The notes below the pieces were generated by a model. That model was not told where the DNA came from and did not search any database. It saw only the letters and a list, made by a program, of their open reading frames with translations. From an uncultured Chitinophagales bacterium (lineage in GTDB: Bacteria > Bacteroidota > Bacteroidia > Chitinophagales > BACL12), in contig CAZBHH010000010.1 in NCBI GenBank assembly GCA_964492065.1, positions 14,512-78,511 on the forward strand: DNA of 64,000 bases. Direction: 5' to 3'. The position numbers were made by a program, and so were the translations under genes. Shown here piece by piece: positions 25,551 through 36,300 of the stretch (the first letter of the stretch is position 1; each line of letters begins with the position of its first letter).

Positions 25551-27623
25551 TCAACGCACAGATGCTCCATTATCCCTGAGTTCAGGCGCCTGTACAAAAT
25601 AGAGTTTGCCCGCTGTATCCTCTGCCATCAGGATCATGCCGCGGCTCTCTACGCCCCGCAACATCCGCGGTTCCAGGTTAAGCAGTACGAGTACCCGGGT
25701 TCCCGTAATCGTTTCGGGATGAAAGTGTTTTGCCAGGCCGGAGACGATGGTTCGCTTCTCGAATCCCAGGTCAACCGTAAGTTTTAATAGTTTATCCGCT
25801 TTTGGGATCACCTCTGCATGCACAATGGTACCGGTACGCAAATCGAGTTTTGAAAAATCATCAAAAGAAATCATAGGCTTTTGTTCTGAGGCGCCATTGT
25901 TTTGATTGGCATTGGCATTCACAGCCTTTCCCTGTCTCAATGCTTCCACCCTTGCATCCACTTCTGCATCTTCCATTTTACTGAAGAAATGTACGGGTTC
26001 GCCTGTTTTAGCACCGGTTTCCAGCTTCATTTCATTAAACCGGAAGGCAAGCGACGCCTTATCCGCTCCGAGCGTATTGCAAATCCTATCGGCAGTAAAC
26101 GGGAGAAACGGTTCGCATAATACGGCGATATCAATTAATGATTCGAGGCATACACGCAACACACAACCGCAGGTTTCGGGGTCCTGTTTGAAAATTTTCC
26201 ATGGCTCGTAATCTGTGAGCAACTTATTGCCCAACCGCACTACATCCATCATGGCCGCTAAGGCATCCCTGAATCTGTAGGATTCAATAGCGGGTACGTA
26301 CTGCTCATCTATCAGTTGACTGACAGCCGTATGGTAATTGCGGATATACGACTCATGTAAAAACGATTCCTGCATCGCCGGTACCTTGCCTTCAAAAAAT
26401 TTATGTGTCAGCACCAATATCCGGTTAATAAAATTTCCCAATATGGCGACCAGTTCGTTGTTGTTCTTTGCCTGGTAATCCTTCCATGCAAACTCGCTGT
26501 CTTTTGTTTCGGGAAGGTTGCTGCTCAGCACGTAGCGCAATACATCTTCCTTTCCGGGATTTTCTTCTAAAAATGTGTGCACCTGTACCGACCAGTTCCG
26601 GGAGGTGCTCATCTTATCGCCCTCCAGGTTCATAAACTCATTTGCGGGAACATTTGCAGGCAGTATATATCCACCGTGCGCCTTGAGGATTACCGGAAAA
26701 ATTAAGCAATGGAACACAATATTATCCTTGCCGATAAAGTGTACCAGTTTTGTCGAAGCATCTTTCCAATACGGTTCCCAGTCTTTGTTGTGATCGGCAG
26801 CCCATTGTTTCGTGGCGCTGATATAACCGATTGGGGCATCCAGCCACACGTAGAGCACTTTTCCTTCGGCACCGGGCAACGGCACCTGCACCCCCCAGTC
26901 TAAGTCGCGGGTAATGGGACGGGGATGCAGCCCGTCGTCGAGCCATGATTTACACTGCCCCAATACATTGCGCTTCCATTCTTCCTGTCGGCCTTCACCT
27001 TTAACAATCCAGTCCGTGAGCCACTGCTGGTAATTATTCAGAGGCAAATACCAGTGCTTTGTCCTTTTTTTGGATGGGGGTTTGCCGCTTAATGTAGAAA
27101 CCGGGTTAATTAAATCATCGGCATTCAGCGACGATCCGCAGCGCTCGCATTGATCGCCGTAGGCATTCGGATTTTCACACACCGGGCAAGTGCCCTGTAT
27201 ATACCGGTCGGCTAAAAACTGGTGGTATGCTTCGTCGTAATATTGCTCACTTTCCCTCTCTTCAAATACACCTTTATTATAGAGATGGAGAAAAAAATCT
27301 GAGGATGTCTGATGGTGCAGTTCTGATGAAGTGCGATGAAAAATATCAAAACTAATCCCCAGTTTTTCGAATGTATCTTTATTCAGTGCGTGATATTTAT
27401 CGATGATTTCTTTCGGCGTGACACCTTCCTTTTTAGCCTGTATGGTTATGGCCACTCCATGCTCATCGCTGCCACAGACAAATACCACATCGCATTTTCG
27501 CCTGCGCAAATACCGCACGTAAATATCAGCGGGTAAATACGCCCCGGCAATATGGCCGACATGTATCGGCCCATTTGCATAGGGTAAGGCAGACGTGATG
27601 AGGTATCTTTGAGGCGCTGTCAT
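25551..27623 (-). CDS. metG: methionine--tRNA ligase
   Basis: 690 aa with the HIGH-type motif PIHVGHIAG, KMSTS, a zinc knuckle CPVCENPNAYGDQCERCG and a C-terminal EMAP/tRNA-binding domain. Confidence 0.96.
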   Translation of the reverse strand: MTAPQRYLITSALPYANGPIHVGHIAGAYLPADIYVRYLRRRKCDVVFVCGSDEHGVAITIQAKKEGVTPKEIIDKYHALNKDTFEKLGISFDIFHRTSSELHHQTSSDFFLHLYNKGVFEERESEQYYDEAYHQFLADRYIQGTCPVCENPNAYGDQCERCGSSLNADDLINPVSTLSGKPPSKKRTKHWYLPLNNYQQWLTDWIVKGEGRQEEWKRNVLGQCKSWLDDGLHPRPITRDLDWGVQVPLPGAEGKVLYVWLDAPIGYISATKQWAADHNKDWEPYWKDASTKLVHFIGKDNIVFHCLIFPVILKAHGGYILPANVPANEFMNLEGDKMSTSRNWSVQVHTFLEENPGKEDVLRYVLSSNLPETKDSEFAWKDYQAKNNNELVAILGNFINRILVLTHKFFEGKVPAMQESFLHESYIRNYHTAVSQLIDEQYVPAIESYRFRDALAAMMDVVRLGNKLLTDYEPWKIFKQDPETCGCVLRVCLESLIDIAVLCEPFLPFTADRICNTLGADKASLAFRFNEMKLETGAKTGEPVHFFSKMEDAEVDARVEALRQGKAVNANANQNNGASEQKPMISFDDFSKLDLRTGTIVHAEVIPKADKLLKLTVDLGFEKRTIVSGLAKHFHPETITGTRVLVLLNLEPRMLRGVESRGMILMAEDTAGKLYFVQAPELRDNGASVR

Positions 27624-27633
27624 AAAATGCGTG

Positions 27634-27641
27634 CAAATTTA
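27634..27641 (-). promoter_or_regulatory. candidate -7 box (TAAATTTG on minus strand) upstream of metG
   Basis: Matches TAnnTTTG, 10 nt upstream of the metG ATG, in the 40-nt divergent metG/ldcA intergenic region. Confidence 0.35.
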
Positions 27642-27663
27642 CAAAAGCAAAAACGATTCGACC

Positions 27664-28560
27664 ATGCGTATTCCGCCACTACAACCCGGTGATAAAGTTG
27701 CGATTATCAGTACGGCGAGGGCTATTTCACTTGAAGAAATAGAAGCTGCCGTCAATAAAATCAGCGAATATGGTTACATCCCCATCATCGGCCAAACCAT
27801 TGGAGCCTCCCATTTGGTCTTTGCCGGCGACGATCTCATGCGCACCCGGGAATTCCAAAAATTCCTGGATGACCCCTCCGTCAAAGCGATATTTTTTGCC
27901 CGCGGCGGATATGGTTCCATCCGGATACTCGATAAAATCGATTTCAGCACATTCCTGTTACACCCCAAATGGCTGTGCGGGTTCAGCGATATTACGCTGC
28001 TGCACACCCATATCACGGATAAACTCGCATTGCCGGTCATTCACAGCGCAATGCCCTATAACTTCCCCGGTGCCGATGCCGTCTCTATCGATTCGCTCTT
28101 CCACATTTTAAAAGGAAACCTTCCGGTATATTCCTGGGAAGGATGCGAAAGTAATATTCCGGGAACCGCCGAAGCCGGGATAATCGGCGGCAATTTATCC
28201 ATACTTTACAGTTTGCTCGGCACCCGGTTTGGATTGAATACTGCCGGTAAAATACTCTTCATCGAAGAGGTGGACGAATATCTGTACCATATCGACAGGA
28301 TGCTCATCAGCCTGAAACACGCCGGCAAACTGCAGCATCTAAAAGGGTTGATTGTGGGAAGTTTCACTCAAATAAAAGACAATAAAGTGCCTTTCGGCTT
28401 GTCTGTCAATGAAATCATCCTGGAACATGTATCCGGCTACAATTACCCGGTGGCATTTAATTTTCCTGCCGGCCATTCCAAAGTAAATACTGCGTTTGTT
28501 TTAGGGGAAAAAATCCGCCTCGCCACGGACAGGAAAGGCTCGGAAATGCAATATATTTAA
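27664..28560 (+). CDS. ldcA: LD-carboxypeptidase (peptidase S66, LdcA-like)
   Basis: GDKVAIISTA N-terminus, catalytic Ser context GFSDITLL and C-terminal FPAGHS. The start is set to the ATG at 27664 rather than the track GTG at 27631. Confidence 0.82.
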   Translation: MRIPPLQPGDKVAIISTARAISLEEIEAAVNKISEYGYIPIIGQTIGASHLVFAGDDLMRTREFQKFLDDPSVKAIFFARGGYGSIRILDKIDFSTFLLHPKWLCGFSDITLLHTHITDKLALPVIHSAMPYNFPGADAVSIDSLFHILKGNLPVYSWEGCESNIPGTAEAGIIGGNLSILYSLLGTRFGLNTAGKILFIEEVDEYLYHIDRMLISLKHAGKLQHLKGLIVGSFTQIKDNKVPFGLSVNEIILEHVSGYNYPVAFNFPAGHSKVNTAFVLGEKIRLATDRKGSEMQYI

Positions 28561-28850
28561 TCGCCGATACCTCCTGCGAGATTGTACAAGTTGGCGTACG
28601 GGTACTTCTGTTGTAATCGCCGAATAGCAATCTGACTCCTGATTCCCTTTTTACAGTAAAATATTACGGGAATCGCCTTGGGAATTTTATCTTGTTCAAT
28701 CACAATATCGCCGAGCGGGATTAAGATACCTCCTATATTATACATCGCATGTTCATCTTCTTCACGCACATCCACTAACAGGTATTTCCGCTTAGCCCTT
28801 TTCCAAATTTCAAATTCCTCCCGGGAAATCTGTTTAATACTTACCTCCAT
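28557..28850 (-). CDS. rhodanese-like domain protein
   Basis: 97 aa, single domain with active-site loop CKKGIRS (CxxGxR[ST]). Confidence 0.8.
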   Translation of the reverse strand: MEVSIKQISREEFEIWKRAKRKYLLVDVREEDEHAMYNIGGILIPLGDIVIEQDKIPKAIPVIFYCKKGIRSQIAIRRLQQKYPYANLYNLAGGIGD

Positions 28851-28852
28851 AC

Positions 28853-29707
28853 CTATTTGGAAACCTTGCTCGTAAATGGATATTTTGTTCCGGCATACGA
28901 TTTCAGATCACAGGTGATTTTGCCGACCAGTAATTCAGATTCGATACGAACGGGAATCCGGTTTGCATCGTCGGTAAACCAAATAGTCATACCCTCTCCT
29001 TTCCTGAAGATATTCCCCTCCACCAGCAAAGGCTTCACTTTAAGACAATTGAAAGTACCCAATTTGGTCTTGTACTGCTCCCTGCCCTCATAGCGGATGT
29101 ACAAATTATATACGGTGTCGTCAACCGCCATAGTGACCGGTATCTTATCGCCCGGTTTATAGTTGTTGAAGTTTAAGGTGCGTGCCCAATAAAAGGAAGA
29201 CAATAAATCGACGGCGCAAGGTTCTACATTCTTAATCGTCCTGGTTTTTGTCTTTCCGTTTTTCCTGTCTTCAAAGGAAACGATAGTATTAGTCTGGCGA
29301 TCCCAATCATAAGACCTGTAAAATGTGTATCCACCTTCATTGACATCACGTAAAAACTTTTCACTTTTTAGCGATTCCGGCTGCATCCATGTCTCCATTT
29401 TATCCCTTACCCTGAAAAACCAGTCGAAAGATGCATAAGACACTGCCTCTGATACGGCATGGTACATCTTTTTATTATTCAATTGTCCGTCCTGCACTTT
29501 AAAATACACTTCACCGGCCCCTAACCACATAGGTCCGGCATTATAGAATACCTTGTAGGTTAATGATTCGCCGGATTGAAAAGAAAATGTTTCGATAGAA
29601 CAGTTATTGGAATTATCCTGTCCGGCGACGGAGGCGTCTATTACGGCGCTTCCCGCCGCAGCAAAGACGCATATCGAAACAATAACAAACCATCTTTTTT
29701 TATCCAT
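28853..29707 (-). CDS. DUF3108-like secreted protein
   Basis: 284 aa with a signal peptide and the N-terminal motif FQSGESLTYKVFYNAGPMWLGAGEVYFKV, which resembles DUF3108. Family recalled from memory. Confidence 0.6.
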   Translation of the reverse strand: MDKKRWFVIVSICVFAAAGSAVIDASVAGQDNSNNCSIETFSFQSGESLTYKVFYNAGPMWLGAGEVYFKVQDGQLNNKKMYHAVSEAVSYASFDWFFRVRDKMETWMQPESLKSEKFLRDVNEGGYTFYRSYDWDRQTNTIVSFEDRKNGKTKTRTIKNVEPCAVDLLSSFYWARTLNFNNYKPGDKIPVTMAVDDTVYNLYIRYEGREQYKTKLGTFNCLKVKPLLVEGNIFRKGEGMTIWFTDDANRIPVRIESELLVGKITCDLKSYAGTKYPFTSKVSK

Positions 29708-29714
29708 ATTCGGT

Positions 29715-30710
29715 TTATTTTAAAAAATTTTTTTTCACAATAAAAATAAAACCCAACACCGCCGGAATAATCAGGTTTAACAACCACAAACCGGTGGAGG
29801 CGCCAATTACACCCAATGCATTATCCGTAAAATAACCGCAGAAATATACCGCAATATTTCCCCTGGTAAACAGCTCTGCAATTGCAAAACTCGGTATAAT
29901 TGTCTGTGCTAAAAATATCAGACTTATCACCATCAAACCATCTCCCAAATGTAAATGAACGCCGAACATATGGAGGAAAGCCAAATACTGTGCCGTAAAA
30001 ACAGAATAGCGCAGTGCGGATAGGCCAAGGTACATCCATAAGTCGCGGTTGTGGTAGCTGCCCACTACGGTAATGTAGGGTAATATCCTCCTGAAAAAAC
30101 GTTTGTGTTTAAACAACTCGATAAAGATGTGCAAGTTAAAATAGGCGGTAAAAAAACAGAACTCGAGTATAATACAAATACCGATAAGCATCCAGGTAAT
30201 GTAGGTGTCGAAAATTGTCTGTGTCAATAAAAAAATAATGAGAGCGATAAATCCGAAGGAAGCTGTAACCACAATCTGTCCAAAACTGCCGATAAGGGTG
30301 GCAATGATTGCGTTGATGCGATGCCGCATGGGGAGGTATAATATCCTGCCGCCGTATTCGCCGATCCTGTTTGGCGTAAACAACCCCAAGGTGACGCCTG
30401 TCCATACCGCTTTAAATGCCAGCCTCCATGAAATAACATACAGCTTCGAAATAATTAATTTCCATTTAAATGACTCCATACCCCAATTTATCAGCATCAA
30501 ACCGGCCAATACGACCAACAGCAGGTAATCACCCACACTTAGATTCTTTGCCATGGGATGCAGCGTTGTTTTTACTTCACTATTTGCAACCAATTGTTTA
30601 TAAAGTGCGAAAATCAGCAGCCCGAGAATAACTACCTTTATTAATAAAGAATAAACCTGGTTTTTTCCCGTAGATAGTTTCAACACATTAATGCTATAGA
30701 ATGATGACAA
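29715..30710 (-). CDS. UPF0104 / lysylphosphatidylglycerol-synthase-TM-region (flippase-like) membrane protein
   Basis: 331 aa with about 8 TM segments. The start is uncertain: TTG at 30710 or in-frame GTG at 30686, with no early ATG. Confidence 0.6.
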   Translation of the reverse strand: MSSFYSINVLKLSTGKNQVYSLLIKVVILGLLIFALYKQLVANSEVKTTLHPMAKNLSVGDYLLLVVLAGLMLINWGMESFKWKLIISKLYVISWRLAFKAVWTGVTLGLFTPNRIGEYGGRILYLPMRHRINAIIATLIGSFGQIVVTASFGFIALIIFLLTQTIFDTYITWMLIGICIILEFCFFTAYFNLHIFIELFKHKRFFRRILPYITVVGSYHNRDLWMYLGLSALRYSVFTAQYLAFLHMFGVHLHLGDGLMVISLIFLAQTIIPSFAIAELFTRGNIAVYFCGYFTDNALGVIGASTGLWLLNLIIPAVLGFIFIVKKNFLK

Positions 30711-31279
30711 TAAATAACAAACAAGTGATTATGGGCGTGGACCCCGGCACCAACTTGTTAGGTTATAGTATAATACGCAGTGATAAAAATACTATGAATA
30801 TTCTCATCAACGGCGTACTCGATCTCAAAAAGACAGCAGATCATTTTCAAAAGTTGCGCCTGATTTACGACAGGCTGCATTCTATTGCCGCAGCTTATCA
30901 ACCGACGATTCTGGCTATTGAATCGCCTTATTTCGGCAAGAATGTCCAATCCATGCTCAAATTAGGCCGGGCACAGGGAGCTGCCATATTGGTGGCGGCG
31001 CATTTCGATATGCAGATATACGAATACAGCCCCCGGCGTATCAAACAGGCAATCACCGGTAAAGGCAATGCCTCCAAGGAACAGGTGGCGCTGATGTTGA
31101 CAAAAATTTTCAACCTGGAATCCATTCCCAAACACCTGGACGAATCAGATGCGCTTGCGGCAGCGGCTTGCCACCATTACAGCAACCGCACCATTCCTTC
31201 TCATCATGGATCCAAACGCAAAAAAGCAAATTCCTGGGGTGAATTTATCAAACAGAATCCCACAAAGGTCAATCGCTGA
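30701..31279 (+). CDS. ruvC: crossover junction endodeoxyribonuclease RuvC
   Basis: 192 aa with catalytic acidic residues in IMGVDPGT, AIESPYFGKN and DESDALAAA. Confidence 0.92.
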   Translation: MMTINNKQVIMGVDPGTNLLGYSIIRSDKNTMNILINGVLDLKKTADHFQKLRLIYDRLHSIAAAYQPTILAIESPYFGKNVQSMLKLGRAQGAAILVAAHFDMQIYEYSPRRIKQAITGKGNASKEQVALMLTKIFNLESIPKHLDESDALAAAACHHYSNRTIPSHHGSKRKKANSWGEFIKQNPTKVNR

Positions 31280-31282
31280 TTG

Positions 31283-31675
31283 TCACAGCCCAGCTCTGAT
31301 TTTTTCGGCTATTGCACTGAGTTCGCTATCAGACATCTTCAGTTTCGGCCTGCTGAAATTTATATCTTCAATCGATTGCAGCGGGATGAGATGGATATGT
31401 GCATGCGGCACCTCCAGCCCTACCACAGCCACGCCGATGCGTTGACAGGGAATGGCTTTTTCCAGGGCCAGGGCAATTTTTTTTGCAAAGGGCAACGCTG
31501 CGCTCAGCAATGTATAATCCAAATCAAACAAATAATCAATTTCCTTCTTGGGAACGACCAATGTATGGCCCGGCGCCAATGGCATTATATCCAAAAATGC
31601 ACAGAAATTTTCATCTTCGTCGATCTTATAGCCCGGAATTTCTCCGGCAATTATTCTACTGAAAATACTCGGCAT
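31283..31675 (-). CDS. HIT-family (histidine triad) protein
   Basis: 130 aa with the histidine triad HAHIHLIP and N-terminus IFSRIIAGEIP. Confidence 0.9.
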   Translation of the reverse strand: MPSIFSRIIAGEIPGYKIDEDENFCAFLDIMPLAPGHTLVVPKKEIDYLFDLDYTLLSAALPFAKKIALALEKAIPCQRIGVAVVGLEVPHAHIHLIPLQSIEDINFSRPKLKMSDSELSAIAEKIRAGL

Positions 31676-31677
31676 CT

Positions 31678-32151
31678 TTAAAGAGTTATATCCAATATTT
31701 TGAGTTCGAGTACACCGGCCGGAACGGTAATTGAAACGACATCTCCAACGACATGCCCCAACAGCCCTTTACCAATTGGCGAAGTAACCGAAATTTTATT
31801 TGCTTTCAGATCGGCTTCCTTTTCTGCGACAAGTTTGTATTGAATTTCCTTGTTTAGCTTGGTATTCAGCACTTTGACATTGGTGAGAACAGCCACTTTC
31901 GAAGTATCGATCTTCGACGCATCCATAATACGGGCATTGGCGAGTAATTCATCCAACTTGGCAATTTTTAGTTCCAATAGCCCCTGCGCCTCCTTGGCGG
32001 CATCGTATTCGGCATTCTCCGACAGGTCGCCTTTTTCCCTGGCCTCTTTAATTTGTTTGGTAATCTCTGCCCTGCCTTTCGATTTCAGGTATTGAATCTC
32101 TGCTACCAAATTATCGTAACCCTGTTGTGTTAAATATGTGATATCTACCAT
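31678..32151 (-). CDS. greA: transcription elongation factor GreA
   Basis: 157 aa with an N-terminal coiled coil containing DLSENAEYDAAKE and a C-terminal SPIGKGLLGHVVGD motif. Confidence 0.94.
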   Translation of the reverse strand: MVDITYLTQQGYDNLVAEIQYLKSKGRAEITKQIKEAREKGDLSENAEYDAAKEAQGLLELKIAKLDELLANARIMDASKIDTSKVAVLTNVKVLNTKLNKEIQYKLVAEKEADLKANKISVTSPIGKGLLGHVVGDVVSITVPAGVLELKILDITL

Positions 32152-32171
32152 ATCGATCTGCTTTTCTAATC

Positions 32172-32205
32172 AAAAAAAAGAAACGCCTCCTTGCGGAAAC
32201 GTTTC
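32172..32205 (-). terminator. probable intrinsic terminator ending the TBDR / T9SS-cargo / PorV-like operon
   Basis: The minus strand reads GAAACG-(14 nt containing CC-GCAA-GG)-CGTTTC followed by T8. It has a 6-bp outer stem with an interrupted interior, so it is marginal. Confidence 0.4.
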
Positions 32206-32228
32206 AACAAAAATAAATAAAATAACTA

Positions 32229-33299
32229 CTATATGCTCAATCTGATTCCAAATGAATGCGAACCATCATAAGGATTAGATGACCTGTAGGAATAGCTTAT
32301 TGATAAAATATTAGTCGGTGAATCTGCAAACGATGTTTGGAATGTTACACCCGCAGCCAGCCCGGTATGTGCAGTTGTCCTCTCATCGGTATTGGAAGAA
32401 AGCATTCCATCCTCATACCTGTAACCGGCACGCAACAGGAACATCTCGGTATTTTTCACCTTCAGCCCGTATTCTACGCCAATGCCAAACTGGTCTTTGC
32501 TAAAGGAGTTAGAGATAAAGGAGCCCACGGCAGTCAGCCTGTTGGTTGCTCCGAAATAGAAGTCATAAGATAATCCTATCGACAGCGACGAAGGCAATTC
32601 AAAATATTCAGACGGGAAACCCAGGGTGGCTGCATAACTGCCGTCGGGAACACTTCCCCTGAAGGTCAGACCATCACCGCCGAAACGCATCGGAGTACCG
32701 ATATTTTTCAGGGTAACACCCATCTTCATTTTCTCGGGATGTTCCTCTGTTCCTGTGATATATTGAATACCGACATCGAGGGAGACGCCAAAGGCTTTCA
32801 TATCCGAAATATTTTCGGAAATACCGCGAATGGTAAATCCACCGCTGAGGTAGTCGGCAAACTTTCTGGAATACGATACGGCAAAGTTAGACAGCCTCGG
32901 CCTGAAAGTAGCGCCGGTGCCTTCCGGCGCCGCGGTAGTGGTAACCGGAATGTCTCCGAGATTAAAATTTACAAGCGACAATCCGATGGCGCCTTCACCT
33001 ACTTTTTGTGCCAGTCCAAAGGAGTTGATGCTAATATCTGATCCCACCAGCCATTCGGTCCTGGAAAAAGTCAAATCCGTTCTATTGATAAACGTCAAAC
33101 CGGCAACATTCACATTCATGGACTCCAGGCCTTGAATAGACGCCACGTTTAAGCCATACCATCCGGAACTTTGCGCCCAGGGGTTTATTAATATTTCGGA
33201 GGCCCCTGCCTGTCCTGCCCTATCGGGGTTACCGGCTATAACTGTACCTGCAATCGCAAGCAGCGCTATTAAAATTTTTACTTTTAAAAATCCTCTCAT
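32229..33299 (-). CDS. PorV/PorQ-family-like outer-membrane beta-barrel
   Basis: 356 aa with a signal peptide. The N-terminal motif AGQAGASEILINPWAQSSGWYGLNVASIQGLESMNVNVAGL resembles the G.aGA.fL.i...aR..amGGa.........NPAgL signature. The rest has an alternating beta-strand pattern. Confidence 0.5.
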   Translation of the reverse strand: MRGFLKVKILIALLAIAGTVIAGNPDRAGQAGASEILINPWAQSSGWYGLNVASIQGLESMNVNVAGLTFINRTDLTFSRTEWLVGSDISINSFGLAQKVGEGAIGLSLVNFNLGDIPVTTTAAPEGTGATFRPRLSNFAVSYSRKFADYLSGGFTIRGISENISDMKAFGVSLDVGIQYITGTEEHPEKMKMGVTLKNIGTPMRFGGDGLTFRGSVPDGSYAATLGFPSEYFELPSSLSIGLSYDFYFGATNRLTAVGSFISNSFSKDQFGIGVEYGLKVKNTEMFLLRAGYRYEDGMLSSNTDERTTAHTGLAAGVTFQTSFADSPTNILSISYSYRSSNPYDGSHSFGIRLSI

Positions 33300-33310
33300 T
33301 TATTTCAGTT

Positions 33311-36300
33311 TTAGAAGGTATCAAGATCTATCGGACGCATTGCGCCAAACCACTTAACGGTGCGTTCTCCCAGCGCCCCGGCATCAATATGGATCAGGTA
33401 AACGCCACTGGCAACCATTACACCCTTGGAATTCTTTAAATCCCATTCCAGCGATGTATCCAGGTTGTCTGCCTTGGTGGTCAAAATACCACCTGATGAT
33501 GTTTCACCTGATACGGCCCTCGTATATTTGCGCACGAGGGTGCCGTCCATTGAGAAAATACTTACCGTACAATTGCTCGGCAGATTGGTAATTTTTATCC
33601 GGTAATCTACCGGGCTGGTCTCATAGGAAGAATATGCGTAATACGGATTAGGCACTACGTTTATTAAGTCGAGTGCACTCTCGGCTTTTGCCGTGTTATT
33701 AACCGTTGCAGCCAAATCTGTTGTACTAAATCTATACATCGGGAATCCGGCATTTTCACCGCCGACTACCTTATTGACATACCTGCCGGTTACCCGGATT
33801 TTTACGGTGGTTTCAGTCGGAATCAAGCCATCTGTAAACGATAATAAGGAAGCGCCCGGAGCAAGCATCGGCCGGCCTATCCATACCACATTTTTCCATA
33901 CTTCACGAATTATGGTTGAGGAAGGCGGTGTACCACCCACCCATGAGAGTGAATCCATCCAGGTTTTACATCCGTCATAGGGGATACGGGTAACGTATAT
34001 ATTGTGTTTACCACCTAATACGATATCCAATCCACTATCTCCTACATATTTTTCTGATGGGTTAAACAACATGTCATCGGAGTTACCATCAATATTCACA
34101 AAGGGGTCTTCCCCAAAGAAGATGTTCACCCGCTGACCTGTTTCCACATTAATGGCATATCCCGGGAACCAACTGCGGCCAATTTCACCTGCAACCACAT
34201 TGCCGTACTGATCAATGGAAGGCTTCTGGCGAAGGTCCATCTTATTCTCTCCGTACAGGTTGGTAGATGGCCCCTCTCCGGTATTGACAACTATACACTG
34301 CGACCACTTCGACCGGTCGTTGGTAAGAACGATATCAATACCGTTGAGACTGCTCAATCTCTGTTGCGGCAGTGAAATTGTCAAGCCGATGATCTGGCGC
34401 AATGGCATATACAGAATACCGGAAGATTCATTGTTATAGCGTGTGAGCCCCATCGGCCCGATGGTTCCCGCGACAATTGTTTCATAGACTTCATTATCAT
34501 CCACGCCCAGGATATCGCCCTCATCCAGTCCCGATCTCAACCAGTTGAACAGCGGTGATCCATTCACGTTTGGAATTCCGGACAACCACGGTTTATTGAT
34601 ATCTTCATAAACGACATCCCATCCGATCAAACCGTTATTGGATTCCCATTCAACGCCGGCAACATTCGGGTCAGGGCCCGGGGGATTGACACCGGTAATA
34701 GTAACTGCCAGCCCCCAATCCGGAATAATTTGTTCATTTTTAAAACCAATCGGGAAATCGGATTTAACAGATTGACCCGTTGTCAAATTCGTCATTACCC
34801 ACCAGGTAGAGTCATAATTTAACACATATCCCGCAGGCGCTCCTGCAGCTGCCATCGAAGAATCGTATAATATCACCTGAAAGTCGGCAGCCGGCACTCT
34901 GACAGGGTCATAAACAGCCACATCAATAGGCGCTTTCCGGCCTTTATACACCGGCATAGCTATAGAGCCATTTGCTAAAATTTCATCAACGGAAGCAGAG
35001 GTGAGTTCCAGGAAATTACCGCCGTTTCCAACACCTTCCACCATAGTGATATCCGGACCGTCGCCGTATTGGGCGTTCAGGACTGTTCCACCTGATTGCG
35101 GATCGGGTTTATGCGGGATACCAACATAGAGTTTAATATTATTTCTACCTTCCAGATACGGGCGTTTCTGCGTATTGGGGTCTGTCGGGTCATAGGCTTT
35201 ATACTCATTATAGGCATAGGACACTACTGAGAAATAGTATTTCTTATAATTCACAATTTTAGTTATACCGGATGCAAATGCATCATCGGTAACTCTAAAG
35301 GTGTGGAACACTCCGTCATTATTGCCATCTACTTGCAACACCGGCACATCGGCCCCCAACACGGGATCATAGGTGAAATTCACCAATTTCACCACGTCAT
35401 CTTCCAGGTCGCACTGGAATATCAGGCGTGCTTTGGCCGGATCGTTATATTCAGAGCTTGAAACCTGGCCGTTGGCGAGTTGGTAAATCTTGTACCCCTG
35501 GAAATTATAGGTGGAGTCGGTAATGCTCGGGTCTTCCTCCATAATACTTTGTATAATAGGATCAGCTTCCTCATACGACTCACCTCTATTATTTGAATTT
35601 GGTCCATTCGTTATGGAAATTATCAACTCCTGGTCTAATTCCCTGATAGACATATCCGGTGCATCCGGTCCGCTGATCAATTCAAAATTATTGTCGAACA
35701 GCGCCTGAGCTTTTTGGTCTGCCAATGAAATGGCGTCAAATGTGGTTTGACAGCCCCCGGAAATCGGCGGCCTCACCCAAAGTGCGCCGATAACGATTTC
35801 ATTGGTTGCGCCCGGTTCCAGCCTGAAAGGTCCGGAAGACATGATAAACCTGCGGTCATTCGGCGGATTGCTTTCGGTACATTCGCTCCAACCCAACGGG
35901 TCGCTTGGGTCGCTGGGGAACATAAAGGGAGTTGCCTCTGTTCCGCCGTAGCCGTTTCCACCGGAAGTAAAGGGAGAGCCGTCTTTCCAACTTCCTGACA
36001 GGTAGCCGTAATAATGCGCTGCCACTTCGGGGTTACCAATCGTCGACCAGTCGTTATTGTAGTACAAGAAGGCAGCCATACCCAAACGGATACTGTCAGT
36101 AATGGTACTGCCGTCGTAAATATATTTAATCGGCCCCTGGAAAAAGTCAGTACCGAACAGAGGCGGGTTTTCGCCATAGGCCGCCAAATCGGGCCCGTCG
36201 AGTGCATCGCCATTATAAGTTAGACCTAAGGAAAGCGTCGTATCGCATCCAACCCAGTCGTCGAAAGCATAGCCTAAATCCGAATCCACCCAATATCCCA

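Noticed and set aside
35773-36213. 146-aa alternative-frame ORF inside the 1282-aa gene. Similar internal or antisense ORFs occur at 5551-5988, 11188-11604, 24788-25075 and 58865-59263.
   Set aside because: All are nested in long, well-supported genes and have Arg/Pro/Cys-rich shadow-frame composition.
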